DNA from: Nitrospinales bacterium
GTDB lineage: Bacteria; Nitrospinota; Nitrospinia; Nitrospinales; VA-1
Length of the DNA stretch: 64,000 bases
NCBI GenBank assembly: GCA_965262115.1
Contig: OZ253496.1
Location: 1,728,001 to 1,792,000, forward strand
Direction: 5' to 3'
Shown here: positions 10,074-20,152 of the stretch, piece by piece
How the letters are laid out: the number at the start of each line of letters is the position of its first letter
Numbering within the stretch: position 1 is the stretch's first letter
The notes under the pieces: generated by a model
What the model saw: only the letters and a program-made list of their open reading frames with translations
Told to the model about the DNA's origin: nothing
Database searches by the model: none
Made by a program: the position numbers and the translations under genes

Positions 10074-10328
10074 GAGATTCTTCGTCACCTTGTTCCTCAG
10101 AATGACAAAAGTACTTCTTCTTGTCATTCTGAACGCAGTGAAGCAATCCAGGGTTTGATTTAGTAATACTTCCTCTCCCTTCATAGGGAGAGGATTGAGG
10201 TGAGGGTTTGATTTCCGCCTACAGCCTTCTCCAGAGCTTTTCCTCAAACCAGAACCTGGATCGCCACGCTCATTTTAGTTGCTCGCGATGACGGGAGCGG
10301 GTAATTGTCATTCTGAACGAAGTGAATA

Positions 10329-10367
10329 CGTGATGTTTCACCCAAGCTTTCATGCCCCGAAGGGGTA
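10329..10367 (+). repeat. GTGAT-hairpin mini-element; unoccupied perfect IS110 target
   Basis: c-gtgatgtttcacccaagctttcatgccccgaaggggta interrupts a REP-like GTCATTCTGAACGAAGTGAA..AATCTC; the reverse strand reads TTACCCCTTCGGGG. Confidence 0.88.
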
Positions 10368-10504
10368 ATCTCGCTTTTCAGGTTTTTCGACTTATGCAAA
10401 GGTCTCATGAAGGGAGGGAATCAAATAGTAAAACCTATCTCAAGCCGAGCTAAGCTGTTGTTAGCCTATGAATGCTATTGCAGTCGGCTGTCGGGCCGTC
10501 CCGA

Positions 10505-12910
10505 CTAGTTGAGGCGGAGGCCGGGTTGTTTGCTGGACGTTTTTGGAACTGTTTTGGTTTTTTTCGGGGCGGGTTTTTTCTTGAGTTTGATTTTTTTGTC
10601 GAACGAGTGTTTGATCACATCATCCATGGTGGCGGCGGGATAAAACTGTAACCCCTTTCGGACATTTTCAGGGATATCGGGAATATCTTTTTCGTTTTCC
10701 ACAGGGATAATGAGATGGGTGATGCGGAACCTGTGAGCCGCTAGAACTTTTTCTTTGAGCCCACCGATGGGCAGGACTTTTCCGGTCAGGGTCAGTTCCC
10801 CGGTCATGGCAAGGCCAGGACGCAGGGGAGTTTTAGTCAGTGCCGAGACCAGGGCTACGGCCATGGTGATTCCGGCTGAGGGGCCGTCTTTAGGAACGGC
10901 ACCTTCTGGAATATGAATGTGGAAATCGTTTTTCTGGTAGAAGTTTTTTGGCAGTCCTAAATCCCCGGCGCGTGAGCGCACATAGGTCATGGCCGCTTGC
11001 GCCGATTCTTTCATCACATCCCCGAGTTGCCCGGTGGGCACAAGTTTACCGGTACCGGGAAGCACGGTGACTTCTATGGTGAGGGTTTCGCCGCCAAACT
11101 CTGTCCATGCCAGGCCGGTGGCGCTACCTATTTCCAGCGGGCCTTCGAATTCAGCTTTTTTGAATTTTGGGATGCCGAGATACTTTTCCAAAACAGCCGG
11201 GGTGATTTTGATGCTGGTTTTCTTACCTTTTTCTACGACGGTTTTAACCACCTTTCTACAGAGTGTGGCGATTTCCCGTTCCAGGTTTCGCACTCCTGCT
11301 TCGCGAGTGAAGTCGTGGATGATCCTGTCGAGAGCCTTGTCGGTGATTTCTATATTCTTTTTGGTCAGGCCGTGTTCGGGTATTTTTTTAGGTACGAGAA
11401 AACTTTTGGCGATGCCCATTTTTTCCTGATCGGTATAACCGGGCAGGCGGAGCACTTCCATCCGATCAAGCAATGGTTGTGGAATAGAGTGCAGGACATT
11501 GGCGGTACAGATAAAAAGGACATTGGAAAGGTCGTAATCGACTTCCAGATAATGGTCGTTGAAATTGGAGTTTTGTTCCGGATCGAGAACTTCCAGCAAA
11601 GCGGAGGAGGGGTCGCCCCTGAAATAGGCGTTCATTTTGTCGACCTCATCGAGCATGAAAACAGGGTTATGGACACCGGATTTTTTAATGCCTTGAATAA
11701 TTTTCCCCGGCAGAGCGCCAATATAAGTTCTGCGGTGCCCGCGGATTTCTGCTTCATCCCGTATGCCGCCCAGGGAGACGCGGACAAATTTCCGGCCCAT
11801 GGCTTTGCCGATGGATTGCCCTAATGAAGTTTTGCCGACACCCGGTGGACCGACCAGACAGAGGATGGGGCCTCTAATTTTTTTGACCAGCTTCATCACC
11901 GCAAGGTGTTCGGTGATGCGTTCTTTGACTTTCTCTAGCCCGTAATGGTCTCTATCGAGAATTTTCTGGGCTTCGGGGATTTTTATTTTTTCGGCTCCGG
12001 CGCCTTTTTTCCAAGGCAGGTCGGTGAGCCATTCGATATAAGTTCTGGCAACCGTGGCTTCTGCGGACATGGGTTGCATGAGTTCCAGCCTTTTTAATTC
12101 TTTGACGGCTTTTTCATGGATATCCTTGGGCATTTTGGCTTTCTTGATTTTTTGCTTGAGTTCATCCATATCGGTTTTGGACTCATCGCGTTTGCCCAAC
12201 TCTTTCTGGATAGCTTTGATCTGCTCGTTGAGATAAAACTCTTTCTGACTGCGTTCCATTGATTTTCGCACTCTGCCATGAACGCGTTTTTCAATTTTAA
12301 GGACTTCCATCTCCGATTTGAGAATGCCGAGAAGCTTGTTCAATCGGTCTGACGGATTCAGGGTTTCGAGCAACTCCTGTTTTTCCTGGGTTTGAAAAAC
12401 CATATAGGCGGCAATGGTGTCGGCATAGCGGTGTGGCTCCAGGATATTGGAACTGGCGGCCACGGCTTCCAGAGGAATTTTTTGATTCAGTTTTACATAT
12501 TGTTCGAACATCGTTCCCACACTGCGCATCAGCGCTTTGACATCTGCTGTGAGTTGGTCGTTTTCATGGATGCGGCTGACTTCTACCTCAAAATAGTCGG
12601 GGTTTTTGACGAACTTTTCAATGCGCCCTCTTTGCAAGCCTTCGACCAGAACTTTCATGGTTCCATCGGTCAGCTTGAGAATCTGCAGAATATTTGCCAC
12701 CGTTCCCGTCTCGTAGATATCTGCGGGTTTCGGGTCGTTGTTGTTGGGATTGCGCTGGGCGGAAAGGAAGATGCTTTTTTGCTCGTCCATGGATTTTTCC
12801 AGGGCCAGAATGGATTTCTCCCTGCCTACAAACAAAGGAAGCACCATGAACGGGAAGACAATGATATCCCGTAAGGGGAGGAGCGGTAACGCGATTTTTT
12901 CTGAACCCAT
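10505..12910 (-). CDS. lon: ATP-dependent Lon protease
   Basis: LPLLPLRD N-domain, GPPGVGKTS Walker A, PKDGPSAG catalytic Ser, IGGLKEK. Confidence 0.97.
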   Translation of the reverse strand: MGSEKIALPLLPLRDIIVFPFMVLPLFVGREKSILALEKSMDEQKSIFLSAQRNPNNNDPKPADIYETGTVANILQILKLTDGTMKVLVEGLQRGRIEKFVKNPDYFEVEVSRIHENDQLTADVKALMRSVGTMFEQYVKLNQKIPLEAVAASSNILEPHRYADTIAAYMVFQTQEKQELLETLNPSDRLNKLLGILKSEMEVLKIEKRVHGRVRKSMERSQKEFYLNEQIKAIQKELGKRDESKTDMDELKQKIKKAKMPKDIHEKAVKELKRLELMQPMSAEATVARTYIEWLTDLPWKKGAGAEKIKIPEAQKILDRDHYGLEKVKERITEHLAVMKLVKKIRGPILCLVGPPGVGKTSLGQSIGKAMGRKFVRVSLGGIRDEAEIRGHRRTYIGALPGKIIQGIKKSGVHNPVFMLDEVDKMNAYFRGDPSSALLEVLDPEQNSNFNDHYLEVDYDLSNVLFICTANVLHSIPQPLLDRMEVLRLPGYTDQEKMGIAKSFLVPKKIPEHGLTKKNIEITDKALDRIIHDFTREAGVRNLEREIATLCRKVVKTVVEKGKKTSIKITPAVLEKYLGIPKFKKAEFEGPLEIGSATGLAWTEFGGETLTIEVTVLPGTGKLVPTGQLGDVMKESAQAAMTYVRSRAGDLGLPKNFYQKNDFHIHIPEGAVPKDGPSAGITMAVALVSALTKTPLRPGLAMTGELTLTGKVLPIGGLKEKVLAAHRFRITHLIIPVENEKDIPDIPENVRKGLQFYPAATMDDVIKHSFDKKIKLKKKPAPKKTKTVPKTSSKQPGLRLN

Positions 12911-12914
12911 GACT

Positions 12915-14159
12915 TTAGCTTGCCTGTTTTTTGTTTTCGTAAACCAACATGGGTTTTTCGCCTTTGAGGACTACTTCTTCATTAATGACCACTTCTTCCA
13001 CATCTGGCTTGGAAGGGAGGTCAAACATGATTTCCAGCATGGTCTCTTCCAGAACGGCGCGGAGCCCTCTTGCCCCGGTTTTGCGTTCGGTCGCTTTTTC
13101 GGCGATGGTGCGGATAGCCGCATCGGTGAATTTAAGTTTTGTATTTTCAAACTCAAACAATTTTTTATATTGTTTAATCAGAGCGTTCTTAGGCTCGATC
13201 AAAACTTGCACCATCGCTTCAACGGTCAACTCTTTCAACGTGGCGACGGCTGAAAAACGCCCGACAAATTCCGGAATGAGACCATATTTGAGCAGGTCTT
13301 CCGGCTGTATTTTTTCAAAAATATCCTCCTCATCAATTTCTTTTTTGGAGACGATGTCATGTCCGAAACCGAGGCTTTTTTTGCCGATACGGCCGCGAAT
13401 CAATGAGCCCAGTCCGACGAATGCCCCGCCGCAGATGAAAAGAATATTGGTGGTGTTGACCTGAAGAAATTCCTGATGCGGGTGCTTTCGGCCTCCCTGC
13501 TGGGGAACGCTGGCTGTCGTGCCCTCAATGATTTTCAAAAGCGCCTGCTGCACCCCTTCACCGGAAACATCACGGGTGATTGAGGGATTTTCTGATTTCC
13601 TGGAAATCTTATCGATTTCATCGATATAGATGATTCCGCGCTCGGCTTTTTCAACATCGTAGTCGGCGTTTTGCAGGAGTTTTAAAATGATGTTTTCAAC
13701 ATCTTCGCCGACATAACCGGCCTCGGTCAGAGTGGTCGCATCCACAATGGTGAAAGGAACATCAAGGATTCGCGCCAGAGTCTGTGCCATGAGGGTTTTC
13801 CCGGACCCGGTGGGGCCTATCAACAGCACATTACTCTTTTGCAGTTCCACATCGTCCATGTCCAAATTAGAGTCGACTCTTTTGAAATGGTTGTGGACGG
13901 CAACAGAAAGGATTTTCTTGCAGCGGTCCTGCCCGATGATATATTGGTCGAGGTGCTTGTATAAATCATGGGGTTTGAGAAGACGCTGGAAGTCTTCGCC
14001 CTTTTCCTGGGCCCACTCTTCCACCATGATTTCATTGCAAAGCTCAATACACTCGTCACAAATGTAGACGCTGGGTCCGGCAATCAGTTTTTTGACTTCT
14101 TCCTGACTTTTCCCGCAGAAAGAACAGCGGTAATTTCCGGTGGTACTCTTCTTTGCCAT
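12915..14159 (-). CDS. clpX: Clp protease ATP-binding subunit ClpX
   Basis: CSFCGK...ICDECIELC zinc finger, [22 protein letters not shown]. Confidence 0.98.
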   Translation of the reverse strand: MAKKSTTGNYRCSFCGKSQEEVKKLIAGPSVYICDECIELCNEIMVEEWAQEKGEDFQRLLKPHDLYKHLDQYIIGQDRCKKILSVAVHNHFKRVDSNLDMDDVELQKSNVLLIGPTGSGKTLMAQTLARILDVPFTIVDATTLTEAGYVGEDVENIILKLLQNADYDVEKAERGIIYIDEIDKISRKSENPSITRDVSGEGVQQALLKIIEGTTASVPQQGGRKHPHQEFLQVNTTNILFICGGAFVGLGSLIRGRIGKKSLGFGHDIVSKKEIDEEDIFEKIQPEDLLKYGLIPEFVGRFSAVATLKELTVEAMVQVLIEPKNALIKQYKKLFEFENTKLKFTDAAIRTIAEKATERKTGARGLRAVLEETMLEIMFDLPSKPDVEEVVINEEVVLKGEKPMLVYENKKQAS

Positions 14160-14207
14160 AAAGCCCTCTCCAAAAGGGGTTGGAATAGAATGCTTATTCG
14201 ATTCTAA

Positions 14208-14843
14208 TCAGCTTTTCTTTTTGCTCTTGTCGTCCTTCTTGACTTCTTTCCGCTCGCTGATCACGTTGTCGATGAGGCCATAAGCCTTGGCCTCGTCGCT
14301 CGTCATGTAGTGATCCCTTTCGGTATCCTTATTGACTTGGGAAACACTTTTCCCTGAGTGCTTGGCCATGATGCTATCGAGGATGGCCCGGATTCTGGTG
14401 ATTTCTTTAGCCTGAATTTCAATATCGGTGGATTGCCCCTGAAATCCTCCGCTCGGCTGGTGGATCATGATGCGTGCATGCGGCAGAGCAAACCGTTTTT
14501 TTGGAGCGCCAGCCGTAAGAAGCAGGGCTCCCATGCTAGCCGCCTGGCCGATGCAGATGGTTTGTACATCCGGCTTGATATATTGCATGGTGTCATAGAT
14601 GGCCATTCCGGAACTGACCTGGCCGCCCGGACTATTGATATAGAGATAGATATCCTGTTCGGGTTCATCCGACTCCAAAAACAGCAGCTGGGCGATGATC
14701 AAGTTAGCCAAATGATCATCAACGGCGCTTCCTATGAAAATGATTCGGTCTTTGAGAAGGCGTGAATAAATGTCATAAGACCTCTCGCCCCGACTGGTTT
14801 GTTCAACTACGATTGGTACCAACTGGCTGTAAGTTTCTGTCAT
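14208..14843 (-). CDS. clpP: Clp protease proteolytic subunit
   Basis: [25 protein letters not shown] and IMIHQP. Confidence 0.98.
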   Translation of the reverse strand: MTETYSQLVPIVVEQTSRGERSYDIYSRLLKDRIIFIGSAVDDHLANLIIAQLLFLESDEPEQDIYLYINSPGGQVSSGMAIYDTMQYIKPDVQTICIGQAASMGALLLTAGAPKKRFALPHARIMIHQPSGGFQGQSTDIEIQAKEITRIRAILDSIMAKHSGKSVSQVNKDTERDHYMTSDEAKAYGLIDNVISERKEVKKDDKSKKKS

Positions 14844-14967
14844 TGTTTTCTCGAGATTAGAAATTCGGCAAGGAAAAACTTCTTTCTGAATCCGGTTGCA
14901 ATTCCGAAAGGGTTTTTTGCGTGTAAGTTATTAAAAAATAATTGGATATCTTTATAATGGTTGAGTA

Positions 14968-16329
14968 TTAATTATCAGCAATTAAATCTTTTCTGTCAAC
15001 TATTTCTTCTGTTATGGTTATTTTTTCCAGCGCGGCGTCAAGGGTTTTATCCCGTTTCATGCGACTGTGAAGGCGGGCCAGGACCCCATTTTTTTCCCAT
15101 TCCCGTTTTATCTGTTGCAGGTTGCCCCCGCCCAGCAATTGGGACATGTTTTTGACCTCCTGCTCCAACTCCTCTTCGCTGACTTGTGCATCCAGGTCGC
15201 GAGACAACTGGTCGAGAATCAATTCTTCCTGCAAGGCTTTCATGGCCGGTTCGCGATACTGATCGAGCAACTCAGGAGTCACCTCGACACCGTGTTCGTG
15301 GTCATGATCGTGGCCATGATCGTGATCGTGGCTATGGTCATGTTGGCTTTCTCTACCCTGTTTTTTTCTGGCCTGTTCGACCATGAACTTGACCTGCTCT
15401 TTCAACAGCCCTTCCGGAACATCAAACTGGTTCTGTTCGGTGATTTTTTCTGTCAGTTTCTTTTTCACCGATTTGCGGACTTCCTTACGTTCGAAATCTT
15501 CCAGTTCGGAGCGAACTTTTTGTTTCATATCATCCAGGCTCGCAAAATTCTTGTCCTCCACACTTTTGGCAAACGCATCGTCCAGGCCCGGCAGTTGTTG
15601 CTCTTGAATACTTTTCAGCACAATTTGGAAATCGACATCCTTGCCGGCGATCTCCTTATTGTGGTAATCCTCGGGAATCGGCACCGTAATGTCGCGGGTT
15701 TCGCCGATTTCCATGCCGATCAGGCCCTTGTCCAGCCCTTCAATCAATTGCCCTCCCCCTGCCTGGATGATCTGGTTCGTGGCAGACCCTCCTTCAAAGG
15801 GCTCATCGCCGAGCTTGCTGGTAAAATCTATCTTTAGTAAGTCTTTATCTCGCGCGGTGCGGTCGGTCACATCGACGTTTTTTGTTTTACGCTGGCGCAT
15901 CACTTCGATAGTTTGGTTGACATCGTCATCCGTGATGCGCGGTGTTTTCATATTCAGTTCAATGCTGGAGTAGCCCTTGAGTTCTACAGTGGGGAGCACT
16001 TCGATAGATGCGGAAACAGAGATATCGGTTCCTTCTTCGGCATTGACCTCTAAAAGATGGGGTTGGCCGACCGCTCTCAGGTCTTTTTCCACAATGGTGT
16101 TATTGAGTTCATCGCTGATCAGGTTGCTCAGGACTTCTTTTTTAACAGCCGGACCAAACTGTTTTTCCAGCAGGGCGATGGGCACTTTTCCTTTGCGGAA
16201 TCCGGGAACCTTAACCTCTCGCCCAAGTTTCTGATAATACTGCTTCAGCTTTTTGTCGTATTCCTGGTGAGGGATTTCAAACTTGATTTTTTTGTTACAG
16301 GAATCAACGTCTTCGATTTCGATTTTCAT
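14968..16329 (-). CDS. tig: Trigger factor with His-rich insertion
   Basis: PGFRKGKVP ribosome-binding motif, FKBP domain, tig-clpP-clpX-lon synteny. Confidence 0.95.
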   Translation of the reverse strand: MKIEIEDVDSCNKKIKFEIPHQEYDKKLKQYYQKLGREVKVPGFRKGKVPIALLEKQFGPAVKKEVLSNLISDELNNTIVEKDLRAVGQPHLLEVNAEEGTDISVSASIEVLPTVELKGYSSIELNMKTPRITDDDVNQTIEVMRQRKTKNVDVTDRTARDKDLLKIDFTSKLGDEPFEGGSATNQIIQAGGGQLIEGLDKGLIGMEIGETRDITVPIPEDYHNKEIAGKDVDFQIVLKSIQEQQLPGLDDAFAKSVEDKNFASLDDMKQKVRSELEDFERKEVRKSVKKKLTEKITEQNQFDVPEGLLKEQVKFMVEQARKKQGRESQHDHSHDHDHGHDHDHEHGVEVTPELLDQYREPAMKALQEELILDQLSRDLDAQVSEEELEQEVKNMSQLLGGGNLQQIKREWEKNGVLARLHSRMKRDKTLDAALEKITITEEIVDRKDLIADN

Positions 16330-16429
16330 AACTTTCCAAATATTTAAAGATTAGCGCGGAGTACCTCCGCAGGTAATTTGCAATATCTTTATCTTACCCC
16401 TTGTATGTTGTTCATAAGGGGAATTTGTA

Positions 16430-16625
16430 GTAGTTGTACCTGTGAGCCCTGTGGGAAGCCGGTTTTGTGTTTTCCACAAGGCTCACAGGGTTTGATTCAG
16501 GGCACAATAGATCGTTTACCCCTTGGGCTTTTAAGCCCGTCCCGAAGCGCAGATCGTTGTGTCCTATTTTGATTAACCCGAACAGTTGCCTGGGCCACTG
16601 AGCCCGCATCGGCAAGGCTGGGAGA
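16430..16625 (+). ncRNA. Predicted IS110 bridge RNA (5' stem-loop, target-binding loop, donor-binding loop); ends approximate
   Basis: Stem-loop 16439-16489; TTACCCCT (16516-23) / inner stem / CCCGAAG (16541-47) match the target; ACAGTTGC (16582-89) / inner stem / CAAG (16613-16) match the RE-LE junction. Confidence 0.88.
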
Positions 16626-16632
16626 CCAAATT

Positions 16633-17583
16633 ATGAATCAGAAACCCCATTTTATTGGCATCGATATTTCTAAACTCCATCTGGATGTTGCTGACAGCAT
16701 GACTCAAGAAACCTGGCAAACCGCTAACAATGAAGAAGGGATTGCTGGTTTGGTCGAGAGTTTATCCGCCTTAAATCCTCCATTGATCGTTTTGGAAGCC
16801 ACAGGCGGCTTAGAGATCCCGTTGGCTTCGGCCCTGGTTGCGGGTCGACTGCCAGTAGCCGTGGTCAACCCACGGCAAGTTCGTGATTTTGCCAAAGCCA
16901 CCGGGAAACTGGCAAAAACCGATGTCATTGATTCTCTTGTGCTGGCCCATTTTGCCAGGGCCGTACGTCCTGAGGTCAGGAAAATCAAAGACGAAGAATC
17001 TCTTGAACTCTCAGCTCTAGTGACACGCCGTCGCCAGTTGATCGAGATGCTGACCAAAGAAAAAACCCGTCTAAAACAAGCTCCAAAATGGATATGTAAA
17101 GACATTAAGGAGCATATCGAATCTCTTAAAAAACGCTTGCGAAAAATCGATGGCGACCTTTCCAGAACCATCAAAAACAGTTCTGCCTGGCGTGAGCACG
17201 ACCAGATTATACAAAGTGTTCCCGGTGCCGGTCCCGTTCTGGCTGTCAACCTCTTGGCCGGGGTTCCGGAACTTGGAGTTCTTAATCAGAAGCAAATCGC
17301 CGCCCTCATCGGTCTCGCTCCCCTCAATCGGGACAGCGGAAAGTTCCGGGGCCGCCGGTGTATCTGGGGCGGCCGCGCCAATGTGCGTGCCGCTTTATAC
17401 ATGGCCGCCGTCACTGCCATGCAGCATAATCCCGTGATTCGTACCTTTTACACACGCCTCATCGAAAAGGGCAAACCCTTTAAAGTTGCCATTACCGCAT
17501 GCATGAGAAAGTTATTAACGATCATCAATACCATGATCAAAACAAAAACACTCTGGAATGAAAATCTCATTGCCAGCACTTGA
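16633..17583 (+). CDS. IS110-family DEDD recombinase/transposase
   Basis: GIDISK, VLEATG and KTDVID (DEDD); C-terminal domain with RDSGK serine motif. Confidence 0.96.
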   Translation: MNQKPHFIGIDISKLHLDVADSMTQETWQTANNEEGIAGLVESLSALNPPLIVLEATGGLEIPLASALVAGRLPVAVVNPRQVRDFAKATGKLAKTDVIDSLVLAHFARAVRPEVRKIKDEESLELSALVTRRRQLIEMLTKEKTRLKQAPKWICKDIKEHIESLKKRLRKIDGDLSRTIKNSSAWREHDQIIQSVPGAGPVLAVNLLAGVPELGVLNQKQIAALIGLAPLNRDSGKFRGRRCIWGGRANVRAALYMAAVTAMQHNPVIRTFYTRLIEKGKPFKVAITACMRKLLTIINTMIKTKTLWNENLIAST

Positions 17584-17600
17584 CATTTAACACAGTTGCT

Positions 17601-17674
17601 TCGGGGCATGAAGTACCCGTGCCGGGCATAAAGATTAATGAAGAGGCCATCACAACCGATGAGGGGTCATAACA
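17601..17674 (-). repeat. Two nested GTGAT-hairpin mini-elements (outer copy continues at 16395-16401, split by IS110)
   Basis: Inner 17614-17654 reverse complement t-gtgatggcctcttcattaatctttatgcccggcacgggta; outer reconstructs as gttatgacccctcatcggtcttcatgccccgaaggggta. Confidence 0.82.
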
Positions 17675-17755
17675 TGCTGCCAATGTGCTTTTGGTGAGCC
17701 GAGAGTATCGTTGCTAGCGGTAAAAAGCTATTGCCCACTGCCTGCCCCTGCCAAG

Positions 17756-17883
17756 GAGAGCTTTGCATAACCCAAGATTCTTCGTCACCTTGCTCCTCAG
17801 AATGACAAAATGGCCCAGTATTGTCATGCTGAGCTTGTCGAAGCATCTCGGTTCTCCGATTTTTCGACTTATGCAAAGGTCTC
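17756..17883. mobile_element. 128-bp MITE with 9-bp target-site duplication
   Basis: Ends gagagctttgcataa / ttatgcaaaggtctc; cctgccaag repeated at 17747-55 and 17884-92. Confidence 0.9.
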
Positions 17884-17896
17884 CCTGCCAAGGGGC

Positions 17897-18166
17897 TTAA
17901 ATTTCCTTGCACTCCATTTTTTCAAGCGGCTGGGCCTGGCATTCTAAAGATTCTGTCATGCCGTTCGCCACTTTAGCGCAGGCTGTGCTCATGCCCGTCA
18001 TGATTGTGTCGTCCTTGGCCATGCCTTTTACCTCCTGACACACGATCTGGTCTTTGTATTTGATACAGACTTCGCATTGATATTTATTGCCGGTCCACAG
18101 AAGGTCAATGGAAACGCTGGCAACGAAAGCCAGAAATACCAGGGTGATGATTGCGCCTTTATTCAT
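17897..18166 (-). CDS. Small membrane-anchored Cys-rich hypothetical protein
   Basis: N-terminal hydrophobic segment, six Cys including CEVC; follows orn. Confidence 0.65.
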   Translation of the reverse strand: MNKGAIITLVFLAFVASVSIDLLWTGNKYQCEVCIKYKDQIVCQEVKGMAKDDTIMTGMSTACAKVANGMTESLECQAQPLEKMECKEI

Positions 18167-18187
18167 AGCTAATAGGGTTGTTGGTCT

Positions 18188-18766
18188 TCAGGTTACAGGC
18201 TGGACTATGTTGGCTTCTTTGCCGATAAAATAATGTTGTCGATAAAAGACAAGTTCTTTAAGAGATTCCCGGATATCCGTGAGGGCCATATGCTCGTTGC
18301 TTTTTTTGGGGAATTTGGGACCGTCCGGGTACCAGCGGTTCACCAGTTCTTTGACGGAGGTCACATCAATACTTCTATAATGTAAAAAATCATGCAAATC
18401 ACTCATATATTTTGTGAGGAATTTTCTGTCCTGATTGATGGAGTTTCCACATAAAGGAGATGTGCCTTTGGGGCAGTATTTCTTGATAAACTCCAAAGTT
18501 CTTTTCTCGGCCTCCTCTTGATCTATCAAGGATTCGCGCACCCGTTTGACCAGCCCCGATGCATTATGGTGTTTGGTGTTCCACTCATCCATTTGATCCA
18601 AAATCTCGTCTCGTTGATGAATGGCGATGCAAGGCCCTTCCTCAAGAATATTCAATTCGCTGTCAGTAATCAGGGTGGCGATTTCAATGACGACTTCTTT
18701 TTTCGCGTCCAAACCAGTCATTTCCAGATCTATCCACACCAGATTGTATTTAGATTTTCGAGCCAT
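18188..18766 (-). CDS. orn: Oligoribonuclease
   Basis: LVWIDLEMTGLD, LCGNSI.QDR.FL, HYRSIDV and H.ALTDIRES. Confidence 0.96.
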   Translation of the reverse strand: MARKSKYNLVWIDLEMTGLDAKKEVVIEIATLITDSELNILEEGPCIAIHQRDEILDQMDEWNTKHHNASGLVKRVRESLIDQEEAEKRTLEFIKKYCPKGTSPLCGNSINQDRKFLTKYMSDLHDFLHYRSIDVTSVKELVNRWYPDGPKFPKKSNEHMALTDIRESLKELVFYRQHYFIGKEANIVQPVT

Positions 18767-19013
18767 AATATTCAGTTCTGTTTTTTCCTGGAAGTTTTGC
18801 CGGGGTGGAAAAACTTTCTGGTTTAAATCAATGTGAGGCCTGTTTTGGGCAAAATAATTTTGCTATGGTGCAGAAATTGCGGCTCCCATCTTTTGAGAAG
18901 GTCTCTTCCGCTCTAATTATGCGAATTTAGAACGCATTGTATCTTAAATTCATGAAAATATGAACCCTTCAATAGGCAAATGTATGAATATATTGGACTT
19001 TGTTGAGTTTATT

Positions 19014-19826
19014 TTAATTGCTGGTTAAAGAGAGCGCGAGGCATTTATTGCCACCTCCGGCTTTTAAAAATTCACCCACGGGTTTGAGGATAACCCTATA
19101 TCCCAATGATTGCAGTCTGTCTATCAGGGTGGGGCTGGCATGATTCAAAATCAGGTTGTTTCCTATTGTGATGGCATTGCATGCGAAATGAATGGCATCC
19201 TCTTTGCTTATTTCGATTCGGCTTTGGGCGGGAATATTTGCTTTAATAGATTGGAGGGAGTCGTCGCTGAATGCTTTTGGATAATACATGACCCGGCCTC
19301 CTGAAAGCGGACAAAAGCAGGTGTCCAAATGATAAAACCGTGGATCAACAAGTTGTAATGTTATGATACGCAGGGAAAATAATTTTTTGAGTAGGTCCTG
19401 TGACCGCGGATCGGTTCGAAACCCATATCCCATCCACAACAGGTTACTCCCGGGTTGAAACAGGGCATCTCCCTCTCCTTCAAAACGGACAGAGTCAGCC
19501 AAATCTTTTAGACGGTAACCCATCCTGAGAAACCATTTTCTGAAATGAGTTTCCTCCTGGCGCCGTTCCAAATGTTGAAAATGGCTGGGAATGAATATTT
19601 CTTTTCTAACCAGACCGGCATTGGCGGTAAAAACCATGTCGGGGATATGCGGCCGGGGTTTCAGCAATTCAATGTTGGCGAATTTTGACAGGGTTTCAAA
19701 TAGACTGTGCCACTGTTGTTTGGCCTTATCAGTGTCAACGCATCCCAAATTATGGGTCATCCAGGGATTGATACTGTACTCCACCCCAAAATAATCCGGG
19801 GGGCACATGAGAAATTGGGAGTTCAT
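19014..19826 (-). CDS. Amidinotransferase/arginine dihydrolase-like (pentein) protein
   Basis: INPWM, PDMVFTANAG, FEGEGD, FYHLDTCF and C-terminal GGGNKC. Confidence 0.85.
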   Translation of the reverse strand: MNSQFLMCPPDYFGVEYSINPWMTHNLGCVDTDKAKQQWHSLFETLSKFANIELLKPRPHIPDMVFTANAGLVRKEIFIPSHFQHLERRQEETHFRKWFLRMGYRLKDLADSVRFEGEGDALFQPGSNLLWMGYGFRTDPRSQDLLKKLFSLRIITLQLVDPRFYHLDTCFCPLSGGRVMYYPKAFSDDSLQSIKANIPAQSRIEISKEDAIHFACNAITIGNNLILNHASPTLIDRLQSLGYRVILKPVGEFLKAGGGNKCLALSLTSN

Positions 19827-19890
19827 TGCTCACCTCCGAACAAGAATACCTTGTATCTATTTAGATGCTTTTCCTGTCAGCTTGGGTTTC

Positions 19891-19945
19891 AAAAAAAACA
19901 TGAGGGGAACAGGCGGACTTGGAAAACCGCCTGTTCCCCTCATGT
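19891..19945 (-). terminator. Strong intrinsic terminator
   Basis: 19-bp perfect stem (19898-916 / 19927-945) followed by a T-run on the minus strand. Confidence 0.8.
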
Positions 19946-20152
19946 GGAGGAGACGGGAAAGACTTGGTCATGGAACCTAATCCGTTCCCCCCCCCGAAAG
20001 GAGGAGAAAAGTACTGTCTGTATTCTATAAAATTAGCATTAAAAAAGTATTAATCCGGTATTAAAAATTTTTAATGTTATAGGAATGGGTTATATAGAAG
20101 GTTTGGCGTGGGAAGGATAGAAAATTAGTGGGTGGTTCGATAATGGCGGACA

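Larger units (their letters stand above)
9946..10406. mobile_element. Composite MITE with GAGANCTTTGCATAA / TTATGCAAAGGTCTC ends, carrying REP-like palindromes and mini-elements
   Basis: Same termini and internal segments as 17756-17883 and 42464-42631; no matching target duplication at this copy. Confidence 0.7.
16400..17600 (+). mobile_element. IS110-family element, copy 1 (flanked by CT cores)
   Basis: Matches 47110-48310 apart from two substitutions seen (17004, 17208); removing it restores TACCCCTTCGGGGCATGAA. Confidence 0.95.

Noticed and set aside
16412..16615. Short ORFs in the IS110 left end
   Set aside because: The region is better explained as the structured bridge RNA
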